This document shows, piece by piece, positions 55,339-64,000 of a DNA stretch of 64,000 nucleotides. Under the pieces are notes generated by a model. The model searched no databases and was not told where the DNA came from. It was given only the letters and a program-made list of their open reading frames with translations. Numbering within the stretch: the first letter of the stretch is position 1; each line of letters begins with the position of its first letter. The DNA is from Fibrobacteria bacterium (GTDB lineage: Bacteria > Fibrobacterota > Fibrobacteria > UBA11236 > JADFYW01): NCBI GenBank assembly GCA_050294405.1, contig JBNKOC010000012.1:384001-448000 (forward strand), written 5' to 3'. The position numbers were made by a program, and so were the translations under genes.

Positions 55339-55558
55339 CTAAAAATTGATAATTGTGACATCAAACGAGGGGCGCGAAGAGGAACGCGAGCTTGAAGGAG
55401 CAGTGCGACGCCCAAAAACCGGAGTTTACTTGCTTGTAAATGAGGAACCGAGAAGCCCAAATGCAGATGCTTATCGAGCTTAAAGGAAACAAATGGAATT
55501 TGTGACGACTATTTTGACGATGAAGCAACGATGTATCATGTCCAAGGGTAATTTTTAG
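55339..55558. repeat. Small non-coding palindromic/MITE-like element (RPE-like core)
   Basis: 9-bp terminal inverted repeats CTAAAAATT/AATTTTTAG; core ACCGGAGTTTAC-TTGCTT-GTAAATGAGGA at 55418-55446; sits between convergent genes. Only one copy in this window. Confidence 0.5.
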
Positions 55559-55564
55559 AGGGGC

Positions 55565-56518
55565 TTAAAAACGAAAGGCAAGGGCGAAAGACAGAGGACT
55601 TGGCCCTGGCATTAGGGCAAATTTATCTTCCCGGTCGAAGTCGTTTAATATGGCATCCACCATTCCATCGCCAATGGCATACAAATACAAAAGCGCCATC
55701 CCCCAATAATATTGGTTTCTGCGTTTGCGGTAAAGGGTAGCCTGGGTTTGCAGGTAATCCAGATTTTCTCCAATGTTATCCTTTTCTAAAAGGGACTCAG
55801 CTTTCGCTGAGATAATCCGGCTTCGGTAGTAATCCACCATTTGCTGCCTAAAAACAGCCGAGGCAACACAGCCTCCAATTCCCATCCATAACATGCCAAA
55901 TTTGCCATAGCGTCCGGTATACAACTGGCCTCCTCCTGGAAAAACCAGCCCCCTCCAAAAAGCAGTTTCCCCCGAAAGGGATTCTTCTTTTTTGCCCCTA
56001 CTGTTTTTGGCTATTTCAAAGGCATCCATAAAGCCGTAGAAATGCATCCCTAATCCCCAGGCAATAAAAGATTTGGTTAAATCCATCTGTGCCATTTTTT
56101 TGTCCTGGATTTCCCTGGCATTATAGAGTGCTTCTTTCATTTCTCTGGCAGCATCTAAGCTGTCCGGGTTATTAATCAAAGCCCGATAACTGTCGTAAGA
56201 CTTCTCAATGAAATCCAGAATTTGTTTGTTTTGATTTTTAAATAAACTGGGCTGGGAAAAAAAAGCCTGTCCCAAAAGCAGACCTTCAATACCAAACAAA
56301 AAGCCCGCCCGCACATAATGCTTGGAATAAATATGTCCCCCCCCGGGAATAAGAGCTGCTAACGCCAGTGTTTTTCCATAGGATAATGGAGGGTTTTCTA
56401 TTCTCCAGTCTTCAATAGGCAGGCTATCAATTTTGGGTATTCCCGATTTTCTTTGGCCATAGCAAATACACGCACACAATAGGCTGAGGTAAAATATTTT
56501 GGCAGATGGGAATTTCAT
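55565..56518 (-). CDS. Membrane protein with two DUF5683-like repeats
   Basis: Duplicated A.L.PGGG(H/Q)(I/L)Y..Y.(R/K)..L ... Y...D(A/G) units; signal peptide. Confidence 0.65.
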   Translation of the reverse strand: MKFPSAKIFYLSLLCACICYGQRKSGIPKIDSLPIEDWRIENPPLSYGKTLALAALIPGGGHIYSKHYVRAGFLFGIEGLLLGQAFFSQPSLFKNQNKQILDFIEKSYDSYRALINNPDSLDAAREMKEALYNAREIQDKKMAQMDLTKSFIAWGLGMHFYGFMDAFEIAKNSRGKKEESLSGETAFWRGLVFPGGGQLYTGRYGKFGMLWMGIGGCVASAVFRQQMVDYYRSRIISAKAESLLEKDNIGENLDYLQTQATLYRKRRNQYYWGMALLYLYAIGDGMVDAILNDFDREDKFALMPGPSPLSFALAFRF

Positions 56519-56630
56519 GCCCTTTGAAGATACTTTTTTTAAGCCTTTATTTCTTCCCCGGCTTTAGCCGTTAAAAATTTTGAACTTTAATAATGACCCT
56601 GCCACTTTAATTTTTAAAAGCTCAGGATCG

Positions 56631-57752
56631 CTATTTTTTTTGCTGGGCGCGAATTTTTTTCCAGTTTCCCAGAAGACCGCCAGACTTTTTGGATTTTTTT
56701 CCGGAAAATTTGGAGAAGCCAGGCCGGCCTTTGGGCTTAGTGACGGCCTCTGATTCTTTTTTCTTTTTAGTTAAAGATACATTACTTTCCACCAGACGGC
56801 GGTTGTCAATCATTAAGCCCGAAAGCACATCTCTGGAATTGGGGCTTCTGTAACGTCCTTTGACCTGGTAAAAACGGGAGCTTTGAATGCGCCGGGAATA
56901 GCCCACAGACTCCAACACAAATTGAGTTTCAATGCCAATGGCAGATACATTCCAACCCAGCTGTAGCCGGGGAACATAAGTTGTATCGGATTTGCTGATT
57001 TCGTAGTCCACTTCCATTTCAGAGGTATATACATCACCCGTCCAGTTTATTTTCATGGAAAAATTTTTTGGCCCCGGACCCTCGAAGGGATATTTGTTCC
57101 AAAGCAAAAAACTTTCGCCACCCGGGGCATTGAGGAAAAATAATTTTCCCGGACCTTCCGCATCAATGCGTTCTTCTTCTCTGTCTTTTTTGTCAGGGGG
57201 CTCCCGCTGAAGGCGCAGACGGTGGTAAAGCAGTATTCCATTAATATCGTTATTTTGCCCCTGCATCACTGCATTGGTAATAAACAGGTCCGAGGAATTT
57301 CCCGCACTGTCGTACAACACATGTAAAGGCAATAAGCTGTCGTAATATACATTCACATATATCCGCTCAAAATGATAGCTGAACTCTCCTAATTCCGCGG
57401 AGTTTGGCCAGTGGAAATCGAAAGCGGGGTGGGGTGGAATGGTGCGGGGCTCAAACAGTTCAATGGGATAGTCCTGGGGTTCCAGATTGAAGAAAAAATC
57501 TTTCCAGCCCAGCCCTCCCATAAACTTGCCTTTGAGCTCGGCTTTCCCATCCACCCAATTTCGCTCCCGTTGCCAACCAAAAACCCCAGCTGCCAAATTG
57601 CTGTCCACCCGTCCGATAAAGAAAAAATTGTCCTGATATAAATACTGCAAGCTGTCCTGGATTTCAGGCTCAGCGCCAAATACCTGAAGACTTAGAAACA
57701 GCGCGCAGGCAAATACACAAAACCGGGCTTTTATTGTTCCCCCATTATTCAT
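56631..57752 (-). CDS. Hypothetical exported protein
   Basis: Long ORF with a signal-peptide-like N-terminus and basic C-terminal tail; no family recognised. Confidence 0.65.
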   Translation of the reverse strand: MNNGGTIKARFCVFACALFLSLQVFGAEPEIQDSLQYLYQDNFFFIGRVDSNLAAGVFGWQRERNWVDGKAELKGKFMGGLGWKDFFFNLEPQDYPIELFEPRTIPPHPAFDFHWPNSAELGEFSYHFERIYVNVYYDSLLPLHVLYDSAGNSSDLFITNAVMQGQNNDINGILLYHRLRLQREPPDKKDREEERIDAEGPGKLFFLNAPGGESFLLWNKYPFEGPGPKNFSMKINWTGDVYTSEMEVDYEISKSDTTYVPRLQLGWNVSAIGIETQFVLESVGYSRRIQSSRFYQVKGRYRSPNSRDVLSGLMIDNRRLVESNVSLTKKKKESEAVTKPKGRPGFSKFSGKKSKKSGGLLGNWKKIRAQQKK

Positions 57753-57852
57753 ACTTCTTTATTTTATCCTTTTTCAGGGGTACATGTCATTGCTCCTGGG
57801 GTGATCTTTTAATTTTTTGTAGGGACATTTTCTGTCCTGAGGAAGGTTTATA

Positions 57853-59109
57853 TTGAAAAATATGATTTCAACAGTCATAAACATCGGCGACGAATTGATG
57901 AGCGGCAAAAGGGTGAATACCAACGCTTCGGATATGGGCCGTTTTTTAATGGGCTTTGGCCATAAATTGAGCAGTATCGAGAGTATTCCCGATAATTCCT
58001 CTGCAATTGTTTCCACATTGGAAAAATGGGTAAACAAGGCTGATTTGGTTTTAATAACCGGCGGACTTGGTCCAACGCGAGATGACACTACTCGCGAGTC
58101 TGTGGCCCAATTTTTAAAAACAGAATTGCTGGAATCGCCCCAGGCCTTGGTTTGGGTTAAGGACTTTCTCAAAAAAAAAGGCAAGGCCTACAGCGAAAAT
58201 CAAAAAAAGCAAATATACATCCCAATGGGCGCTTTGCCCCTTAGAAATAAAGTGGGAACAGCCTGTGGCATATCTTTTTTACGGGGCAGAACCCAGTATA
58301 TGTTATTTCCCGGGGTTCCCTCCGAAGTGCGGCAAATGTTAACAGACCATGTTAAGCCTTTGCTATTGGGCCAAAACTTAAAACTGGAAAAGCAGTTGTG
58401 GACTTGGGATTGGTCTGAATCCCGGCAAGAAGAGGCTTTTAAAGACTTTTCCTTACCAAAAAACTATAATTTTTCCTCTTTGCCTTCTTTACAGGGGGTG
58501 CAAATATCCCTCAGCACTATTTGCTCTAAAAATTCAGCTCAGCTTAAAAAAGAAAAACAAAATTTTTCCAAGCATTGGAAAAAACTTTTGAGTTGCGTAC
58601 CTGCCCATTTGTTGGTTCGCCCCGTGGGTTTAACTGCGCTTGAGGCCATTGCGCAAAAGCTACTAAAGAGTAAAAAGAAAGTGGCTGTGGCTGAATCCTG
58701 CACAGGGGGGCTTTTGGCCGCTGAGTTTACTTCTCGTCCGGGCAGTAGCGATTATTTTGAGGCGGGCTATGTTACCTATAGTAATAATGCGAAGCAAAAA
58801 ATTTTAAAAGTTCCCGCTTCCCTTTTGGATAAACATGGAGCTGTTTCTGAGGCTGTGGTAAAGGCTATGGTTAAAGGCTGTCTTAAAGCGAGTGGAGCCG
58901 ACTATGCCCTGGCTACTTCAGGAATTGCGGGACCTGGGGGCGGCACTGTCCAAAAACCAGTGGGCACAGTTTGGCTAGCTTATGGTTCCTCTGAAAAAGT
59001 GGAGTCCAGGCTTTTGCAACTTAAAGGGAGCCGTTCTCAAATTCAAATTCGAACTGTGCAGCAGTTGCTCTTCGATTTAAACCAATTTTTGGAAAAAATT
59101 TTAAAATGA
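57853..59109 (+). CDS. cinA: CinA family protein (MoCF-binding domain + NMN deamidase)
   Basis: IGDELMSG..NTN, TGGLGPTRDD, AESCTGG, GAVS, SGIAGPGGG..KPVG; directly upstream of recA. Confidence 0.93.
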   Translation: MKNMISTVINIGDELMSGKRVNTNASDMGRFLMGFGHKLSSIESIPDNSSAIVSTLEKWVNKADLVLITGGLGPTRDDTTRESVAQFLKTELLESPQALVWVKDFLKKKGKAYSENQKKQIYIPMGALPLRNKVGTACGISFLRGRTQYMLFPGVPSEVRQMLTDHVKPLLLGQNLKLEKQLWTWDWSESRQEEAFKDFSLPKNYNFSSLPSLQGVQISLSTICSKNSAQLKKEKQNFSKHWKKLLSCVPAHLLVRPVGLTALEAIAQKLLKSKKKVAVAESCTGGLLAAEFTSRPGSSDYFEAGYVTYSNNAKQKILKVPASLLDKHGAVSEAVVKAMVKGCLKASGADYALATSGIAGPGGGTVQKPVGTVWLAYGSSEKVESRLLQLKGSRSQIQIRTVQQLLFDLNQFLEKILK

Positions 59110-59120
59110 AAAAAAGAACT

Positions 59121-59134
59121 TGCACATTTGAGCA
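59121..59134. promoter_or_regulatory. LexA (SOS) box, Fibrobacter-type
   Basis: TGCACATTTGAGCA; the reverse complement TGCTC-AAAT-GTGCA fits TGCNC-N4-GTGCA and overlaps a TTGCAC -35-like hexamer upstream of recA. Confidence 0.7.
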
Positions 59135-59176
59135 GTATAATTAATTTTTAACGGAAAGATCAAAAGGAGATTCACA

Positions 59177-60256
59177 ATGGCAAAGAAACAAAACAAAACC
59201 CCTCTTGGTGTCGAAGGCGATAAAGCCAAAATTATCGAAGGCACCATTGCTCAAATCGAAAAGGCACACGGCAAAGGCGCTATTATGAGTCTTGGCACTC
59301 AAGAAGCCGCCAGTGTACCTACTATTCCTACAGGCTGTATCCAGTTAGACATGGCTTTGGGCATCGGTGGTTACCCCCGGGGTAAAATTGTTGAAATTTT
59401 TGGCCCCGAATCTTCCGGTAAAACCACTTTAACCTTGCACGCCATTGCCGAAGCCCAACGCCAGGGCGGCGTAGCCGCCTTCATTGATGCCGAGCATTCC
59501 TTTGATCCTATATACGCCCGCAAACTTGGAGTTAACATTGATCATCTGTTGGTTTCCCAACCCGATACTGGTGAACAAGCACTGGATATTTGCGAAACAT
59601 TGGTGCGCAGCGGGGCTATTGATATTGTGGTTATCGATTCTGTGGCTGCCTTGGTTCCCCAAGCCGAAATTAATGGAGAAATGGGCGACTCACACATGGG
59701 CCTTCAAGCCCGCCTCATGTCTCAGGCTTTGCGAAAACTTACTGCCATTGTGAGCCGCTCCAGCACCTGCCTTTTCTTTATTAACCAATTGCGCATGAAA
59801 ATTGGTGTCATGTTTGGCAATCCCGAAACCACCACAGGGGGCAATGCCCTTAAATTTTATTCCTCGGTGCGCATGGATATTCGCCGCGTGGCCACCATTA
59901 AAGACGGCGACAACGCAGTGGGCAACCGCACTCGGGTTAAAATTGTGAAAAACAAAACCGCCGCCCCCTTTAAACAATGTGAGTTTGATATTCTCTATGG
60001 TGAGGGAATTTCCCGAGAAGGTAGCCTTTTGGATATGGCCACCGAATACGAAATTATCCAAAAAAGTGGAACCTGGTACAGTTATGGTGCAGAAAGATTG
60101 GGTCAGGGTCGCGACAGAGCTGTGGCTTTCTTAAAAGAAAACACAGACGTTAGTACCGAAATCGAAGCTAAAATTCGCGAAACTCTATCCGCCAAACCAG
60201 AAGATACCGACGAAATGCTCGCAAATATTGAATTGGTGGTTCGCGAAGAAAATTAA
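59177..60256 (+). CDS. recA: Recombinase RecA
   Basis: [43 protein letters not shown]. Confidence 0.99.
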   Translation: MAKKQNKTPLGVEGDKAKIIEGTIAQIEKAHGKGAIMSLGTQEAASVPTIPTGCIQLDMALGIGGYPRGKIVEIFGPESSGKTTLTLHAIAEAQRQGGVAAFIDAEHSFDPIYARKLGVNIDHLLVSQPDTGEQALDICETLVRSGAIDIVVIDSVAALVPQAEINGEMGDSHMGLQARLMSQALRKLTAIVSRSSTCLFFINQLRMKIGVMFGNPETTTGGNALKFYSSVRMDIRRVATIKDGDNAVGNRTRVKIVKNKTAAPFKQCEFDILYGEGISREGSLLDMATEYEIIQKSGTWYSYGAERLGQGRDRAVAFLKENTDVSTEIEAKIRETLSAKPEDTDEMLANIELVVREEN

Positions 60257-60285
60257 TCAGAAGTTCTTTTTTACTGCAAAAAATG

Positions 60286-60316
60286 GGGGAGGTCTTAGGC
60301 CTTCCCTATTTTTTTT
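60286..60316 (+). terminator. Rho-independent terminator of recA
   Basis: GGGGAGGTC-TTA-GGCCTTCCC (two G-U pairs) followed by TATTTTTTTT. Confidence 0.65.
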
Positions 60317-61202
60317 CCATTCGTTTCGCTCCTAAATGAACCAGGTTTAAATGGAGAGAAGCCCCAATAAACAAAGATTTTGGAAAATCAAGATAATCCA
60401 ATTGGGGGTGGTCCAACCAACTTCCCACATGCAAGTTTACAAAAAAACTTTTTTGTTTGTTGAGGGAAATTCCAGTGGCTCCGAATTCCATAGAGCTTTT
60501 TAATAGTTCAGTTTCCGCACTCCATTTGTAAAATAGATTGGCAAAATATTGGGTGTCTCCTTTGGGAAATAATTCCATTCTAAGGCCTGCGCCCCTTACT
60601 TCATCAATGGGTTCCAACAACATGTCGTGGTTGAAATCGTACACGTAGCTTTTGTCCCTGACATCAATATCAATGAGCTCGTGCATTCCGTAAAATTTAA
60701 AGTCTAAAAACGGAGTGGGAATATTCACATGGGCGGAAAAAGCAAAAATATCTCCCCCGGCAAACTCGCCTTTGCTGCTAAAGTCATTAAAGATTTCTGA
60801 AGGCTGCCAGCTTTTTCTAATGGGTTGTGAGCCAAAGGATACCAAACTTTTGTGGTAAAACTGCCGTCTGTAGCCAGCTTGGATTTGAAACCAGGATACT
60901 AATTTGATTTGAAGCCCACCTCCCAGATTGCTGTAAAGCGGGGAAACGGAAACTTCTACCAGGGGTTTTAAGAAGGTACGGCTAAATGTTTCCACATTCA
61001 GACTTAAAATGGGCTCTATCCAACCCGCTTCAAAATGGTAAACTCCGGTGGTAAGATCTTCGTCCCAGGCCAGCGGTGAACTGTGCATGGTGAAGTTTTG
61101 GCGGGTATAGCCTCCAAAATGGACGATATCCCCAATGGTTTTGGGAAAGGGAGAGCTGACAAAAGCTCCCAGGCATAGGCAAATAACCACTAGTTTAGAC
61201 AT
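60306..61202 (-). CDS. Hypothetical exported, probably beta-barrel, protein
   Basis: Signal peptide and alternating beta-strand pattern; no family recognised. Confidence 0.6.
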   Translation of the reverse strand: MSKLVVICLCLGAFVSSPFPKTIGDIVHFGGYTRQNFTMHSSPLAWDEDLTTGVYHFEAGWIEPILSLNVETFSRTFLKPLVEVSVSPLYSNLGGGLQIKLVSWFQIQAGYRRQFYHKSLVSFGSQPIRKSWQPSEIFNDFSSKGEFAGGDIFAFSAHVNIPTPFLDFKFYGMHELIDIDVRDKSYVYDFNHDMLLEPIDEVRGAGLRMELFPKGDTQYFANLFYKWSAETELLKSSMEFGATGISLNKQKSFFVNLHVGSWLDHPQLDYLDFPKSLFIGASLHLNLVHLGAKRMEKK

Positions 61203-61355
61203 GGTATTCTTTAATTTAATTTCCTTTTTGTAAAAAATTCCATTAATCAGCAGTTTTAAACCAGAATATTTTTTTATTTTTGCATCATCCGGGGGTGTTG
61301 GGATATCTGGGCTATCTCATAAAAAATTAAAGGATAAGTACAGGAGTTAATTCAC

Positions 61356-61724
61356 ATGTCATTACAGAAAATCTTTGCCTTCCTCTTAATAGGGATAATT
61401 ATCGGATGCTCCACAAACCGGGCCCTTATAACTCGAGGTTTGAATGAAGAAGAAAGACGATATTATGTTGTTCAAAATGGATATGGAATTACTCCAGAAG
61501 TGAAACAATCTTTTTTGGATGGGTTTATTACCGAAGGCATGGAGCAAGAGTTGGTATTCCAGCTATATGGTGCTCCCGATAGAACCATTGAAGACGATAC
61601 CATTTGGGAATACATAGATGGTAAAGGCAAATTGGTTACAGGCGTCAAATTTGAAGACAAAAAAGTTGTGGAAATTATTGGAGATCGCCGGGGCGGCTTG
61701 CCTTTGGAAGGCGAAACCAAATAG
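61356..61724 (+). CDS. Hypothetical lipoprotein
   Basis: RBS AGGAG; lipobox IIGC; GM..E.V...YGAP..W.Y motif of small SmpA/BamE-like domains. Confidence 0.75.
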   Translation: MSLQKIFAFLLIGIIIGCSTNRALITRGLNEEERRYYVVQNGYGITPEVKQSFLDGFITEGMEQELVFQLYGAPDRTIEDDTIWEYIDGKGKLVTGVKFEDKKVVEIIGDRRGGLPLEGETK

Positions 61725-61735
61725 CTTTAGCTTCT

Positions 61736-62899
61736 GTGAATCAAAATTGGATTGAAGCCCACAAGGAATTTCCAGTCAATAAACATTCCATTTGGCTGAA
61801 TAATTGCGGTACCACTCCCATATCTTCAAAAAGTTTAAAAGCTGTTCATTCTTTTTTAGAAGGCTACTCTAAGGCGGGAGTTTTTACCGATGTTGCTAAT
61901 TACCGGCAGGTAAAAAACAACATCAAGAACATTCTATCTCAGCTCCTCAATTGCGACCCTTTAGAGTTGTGCCTTATACACAATACGTCCGAAGGCATGA
62001 ACTACATTTCACATAGCCTTAAACTCCCGGAAAACTCCAAAATCCTTTTACTGGAAAATGAATACCCCAGTAACTATTACCCCTGGGAACATTGGAAAGA
62101 AAAAAAAATGGAAATTGTAACTTTGCCCATGGCCCAAAACACTGAAGAATGGTTGGATAATGTGGAGAAGGCATTAAAACAGAATATTTCTTTAGTCAGT
62201 TTATCCCCTGTGCATTGGTGTACGGGCCAGGTTTTGCCCATTGAAGAAATCGGCAGCATGTGCAAAAAAGCCGGGGCGTATTTTGCGTTAGATGGTTCTC
62301 AGGCCGTGGGAGCTGTTCCTGTGGATTTAAAAAAAGCTAAAGTTGATTTTATGGCCATGGCAGCTTGGAAATGGCTATTGGGCCCACTGGGCCTGGGTGT
62401 TATGTATGTGAGTATTTCTAATCTAGATAAATTAACTCCCGTGTTTAAAGGCACTGCATCTGTGGAAGGAGCAGAGGAATATCTTCCATATAAATCAAAA
62501 TGGAAACAGGGTGCTGACCGCTTTGAAATTTCCACTCCCAATTTTAACGATTGGATTTACTTTGAATCTTCTCTTGGGCTATTAAACAATATTGGATTTT
62601 CTCATGTTTTAAAAAGGCTTTCGGAACTTAGCCGTTATCTCGAATCCGGGCTTTTGGAAAGGGGTTACAGATTAGCCGCGGATTCTTCTGATATTGAAAA
62701 GAGCCCCATTGTGAGTTTTAATAAAGCTAATAAAAACATGGAACAGCTAAGTCGCCAGCTAACCAAGCATAAAATTATCCATGCTTTAAGATTGGGCAAA
62801 ATACGCTTTGGACCCCATGTTTATATTCTGGAATCCCAGTTAGACCAGGTTTTTGATATTCTGGACGAATGGGAAAAATCTTCTGCAAGCAATGCATGA
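61736..62899 (+). CDS. Class V PLP-dependent aminotransferase (cysteine desulfurase-like)
   Basis: NTSEG, EYPSN, DGSQAVG, AWKWLLGPLG (PLP Lys), IRFGPHVY. Confidence 0.88.
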   Translation: MNQNWIEAHKEFPVNKHSIWLNNCGTTPISSKSLKAVHSFLEGYSKAGVFTDVANYRQVKNNIKNILSQLLNCDPLELCLIHNTSEGMNYISHSLKLPENSKILLLENEYPSNYYPWEHWKEKKMEIVTLPMAQNTEEWLDNVEKALKQNISLVSLSPVHWCTGQVLPIEEIGSMCKKAGAYFALDGSQAVGAVPVDLKKAKVDFMAMAAWKWLLGPLGLGVMYVSISNLDKLTPVFKGTASVEGAEEYLPYKSKWKQGADRFEISTPNFNDWIYFESSLGLLNNIGFSHVLKRLSELSRYLESGLLERGYRLAADSSDIEKSPIVSFNKANKNMEQLSRQLTKHKIIHALRLGKIRFGPHVYILESQLDQVFDILDEWEKSSASNA

Positions 62900-63947
62900 A
62901 AAAGAACTTCTAAAATGGTTTTCCAAAAACCAAAGGGATTTGCCCTGGCGTGTATCCAGAGCTAAATTGCGTCGGGATCCCTATAAAACCTGGGTGTCAG
63001 AAGTAATGCTGCAGCAAACCCAGGTGAAAACGGTTATAGGCTATTTTGAAAACTGGGTGAAAAAATTCCCCAGCGTTAAAGCGCTTGCCCAAAGCCCCCT
63101 GGAAGAGGTTCTTATGGCCTGGGCTGGGCTTGGTTATTATTCCAGAGCCAGAAGTTTGCACAAGGGGGCCAATTATATTTTACAGAACCACGGGGGAGAG
63201 CTTCCTGATGATGTATCTGAATTGATTAAAATTCCCGGAGTGGGGCCCTATACATCAGGGGCTATTTCCAGTTTGGCTTATAATCAACAAGCGCCCATAT
63301 TAGACGGGAATTTGATTCGTATTTTTAGCAGATACATGGGCTGGGGTTTCCTGCCGGAAGATAAAAACCAGAGGCAAACATACTGGAACCTGGCAAAAAC
63401 ATGGGTGGAATCCAAACAACCGGGCGATGTGAATGAGGCACTCATGGAATTGGGCGCTTTGGTTTGCACGGTAAAAAATCCTCAATGTGGAATCTGTCCA
63501 TTGGCAGCCAAATGTTATGCACACCAAAAGAAAAAAACAACAGAACTGCCTCCCCTTAAAAAAAGACGGGCAGGAGTAAATATTAACGGATATGCCTGGA
63601 TAATTATTTCGCCCCTGGGGGTATTGTTAACCCATAGGAAAAAGGGGGAACTGTTGGGGGGACAATGGACTTTTCCCTGGAGTAAACAAAAAAATTTGGC
63701 AGAAGTCTTTTTTGGAAATCCCTTGCTGTTAAGCAAAAAGGAGCTGGCGAGTATTCAAGTATCTCCAAGACTAATAGGCCATGCCATAACCCATCACAAA
63801 ATCAGGCTCTATCCAATTTTTTTAAAATCATCAAAGGCCATAAAAAAATTACCCGAAGGCTATGATTGGCACCCGGCTCGGGACTTAGAAAAAACTTTGA
63901 TCAGTTCTTTATCCAAAAAAATTTGGGAGAGTCGAAATCTATTTTAA
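62892..63947 (+). CDS. mutY: A/G-specific adenine glycosylase
   Basis: RDLPWR, WVSEVMLQQTQV, WAGLGYYSRAR, HhH PGVGPYT, LDGN, C-x6-C-x2-C-x5-C Fe-S motif. ATG 62892 preferred over 62853. Confidence 0.95.
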   Translation: MHEKELLKWFSKNQRDLPWRVSRAKLRRDPYKTWVSEVMLQQTQVKTVIGYFENWVKKFPSVKALAQSPLEEVLMAWAGLGYYSRARSLHKGANYILQNHGGELPDDVSELIKIPGVGPYTSGAISSLAYNQQAPILDGNLIRIFSRYMGWGFLPEDKNQRQTYWNLAKTWVESKQPGDVNEALMELGALVCTVKNPQCGICPLAAKCYAHQKKKTTELPPLKKRRAGVNINGYAWIIISPLGVLLTHRKKGELLGGQWTFPWSKQKNLAEVFFGNPLLLSKKELASIQVSPRLIGHAITHHKIRLYPIFLKSSKAIKKLPEGYDWHPARDLEKTLISSLSKKIWESRNLF

Positions 63948-64000
63948 GAAAAATTAATTAGCCCCAAGGCTTTCTTCGGGCGTTTAGTCCACAGGAGGGG

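Noticed and set aside
866..63736. Numerous 60-150 aa ORFs antisense to or nested in long genes (e.g. 10987-11388, 38424-38795, 40069-40518, 53699-54160, 57774-58184)
   Set aside because: They are shadows of well-supported genes, with no motifs or RBS support.
1..64000. rRNA, tRNA, transposase, integrase or prophage genes
   Set aside because: None recognised by eye; tRNAscan-SE and Infernal would be needed to exclude small RNAs.

Overview
64 kb of a moderately AT-rich diderm bacterial chromosome. A Fibrobacter-type LexA box upstream of recA hints at Fibrobacterota (inference). The left ~38 kb is a redox/low-oxygen accessory region containing: nirK-nirV-SCO with a FixL-like heme-PAS hybrid kinase; an ArsR (SqrR/BigR-like) thioredoxin/rhodanese operon with a clear palindromic operator; a DUF692 (MNIO)/DUF2063 RiPP locus with two tandem Cys-rich precursors that carry lipoprotein signals; more hybrid kinases; a five-gene glycogen operon; an orphan NtrC-family activator; and a cytochrome c-fused, CydB-less cytochrome bd-like gene with three c-type cytochrome partners, followed by a radical SAM/SPASM enzyme, a 1096-aa split-barrel/USP/rubredoxin-like protein with six PCP_red-like repeats, and a YwiC-like protein. 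Seven intergenic regions there share a sigma-54 -24/-12 motif preceded about 60-90 bp upstream by TGNCA-N3-TGNCA boxes, often in tandem about 20 bp apart, which suggests one regulon. The right part holds a large PFOR directly downstream of a complex I-like nuo operon (no nuoEFG in the operon, fused NuoB-C), a small palindromic MITE/RPE-like element, cinA-recA, a class V aminotransferase and mutY. No rRNA, tRNA, CRISPR array or transposase was recognised. All family calls come from motif recognition by eye; no database search was run.
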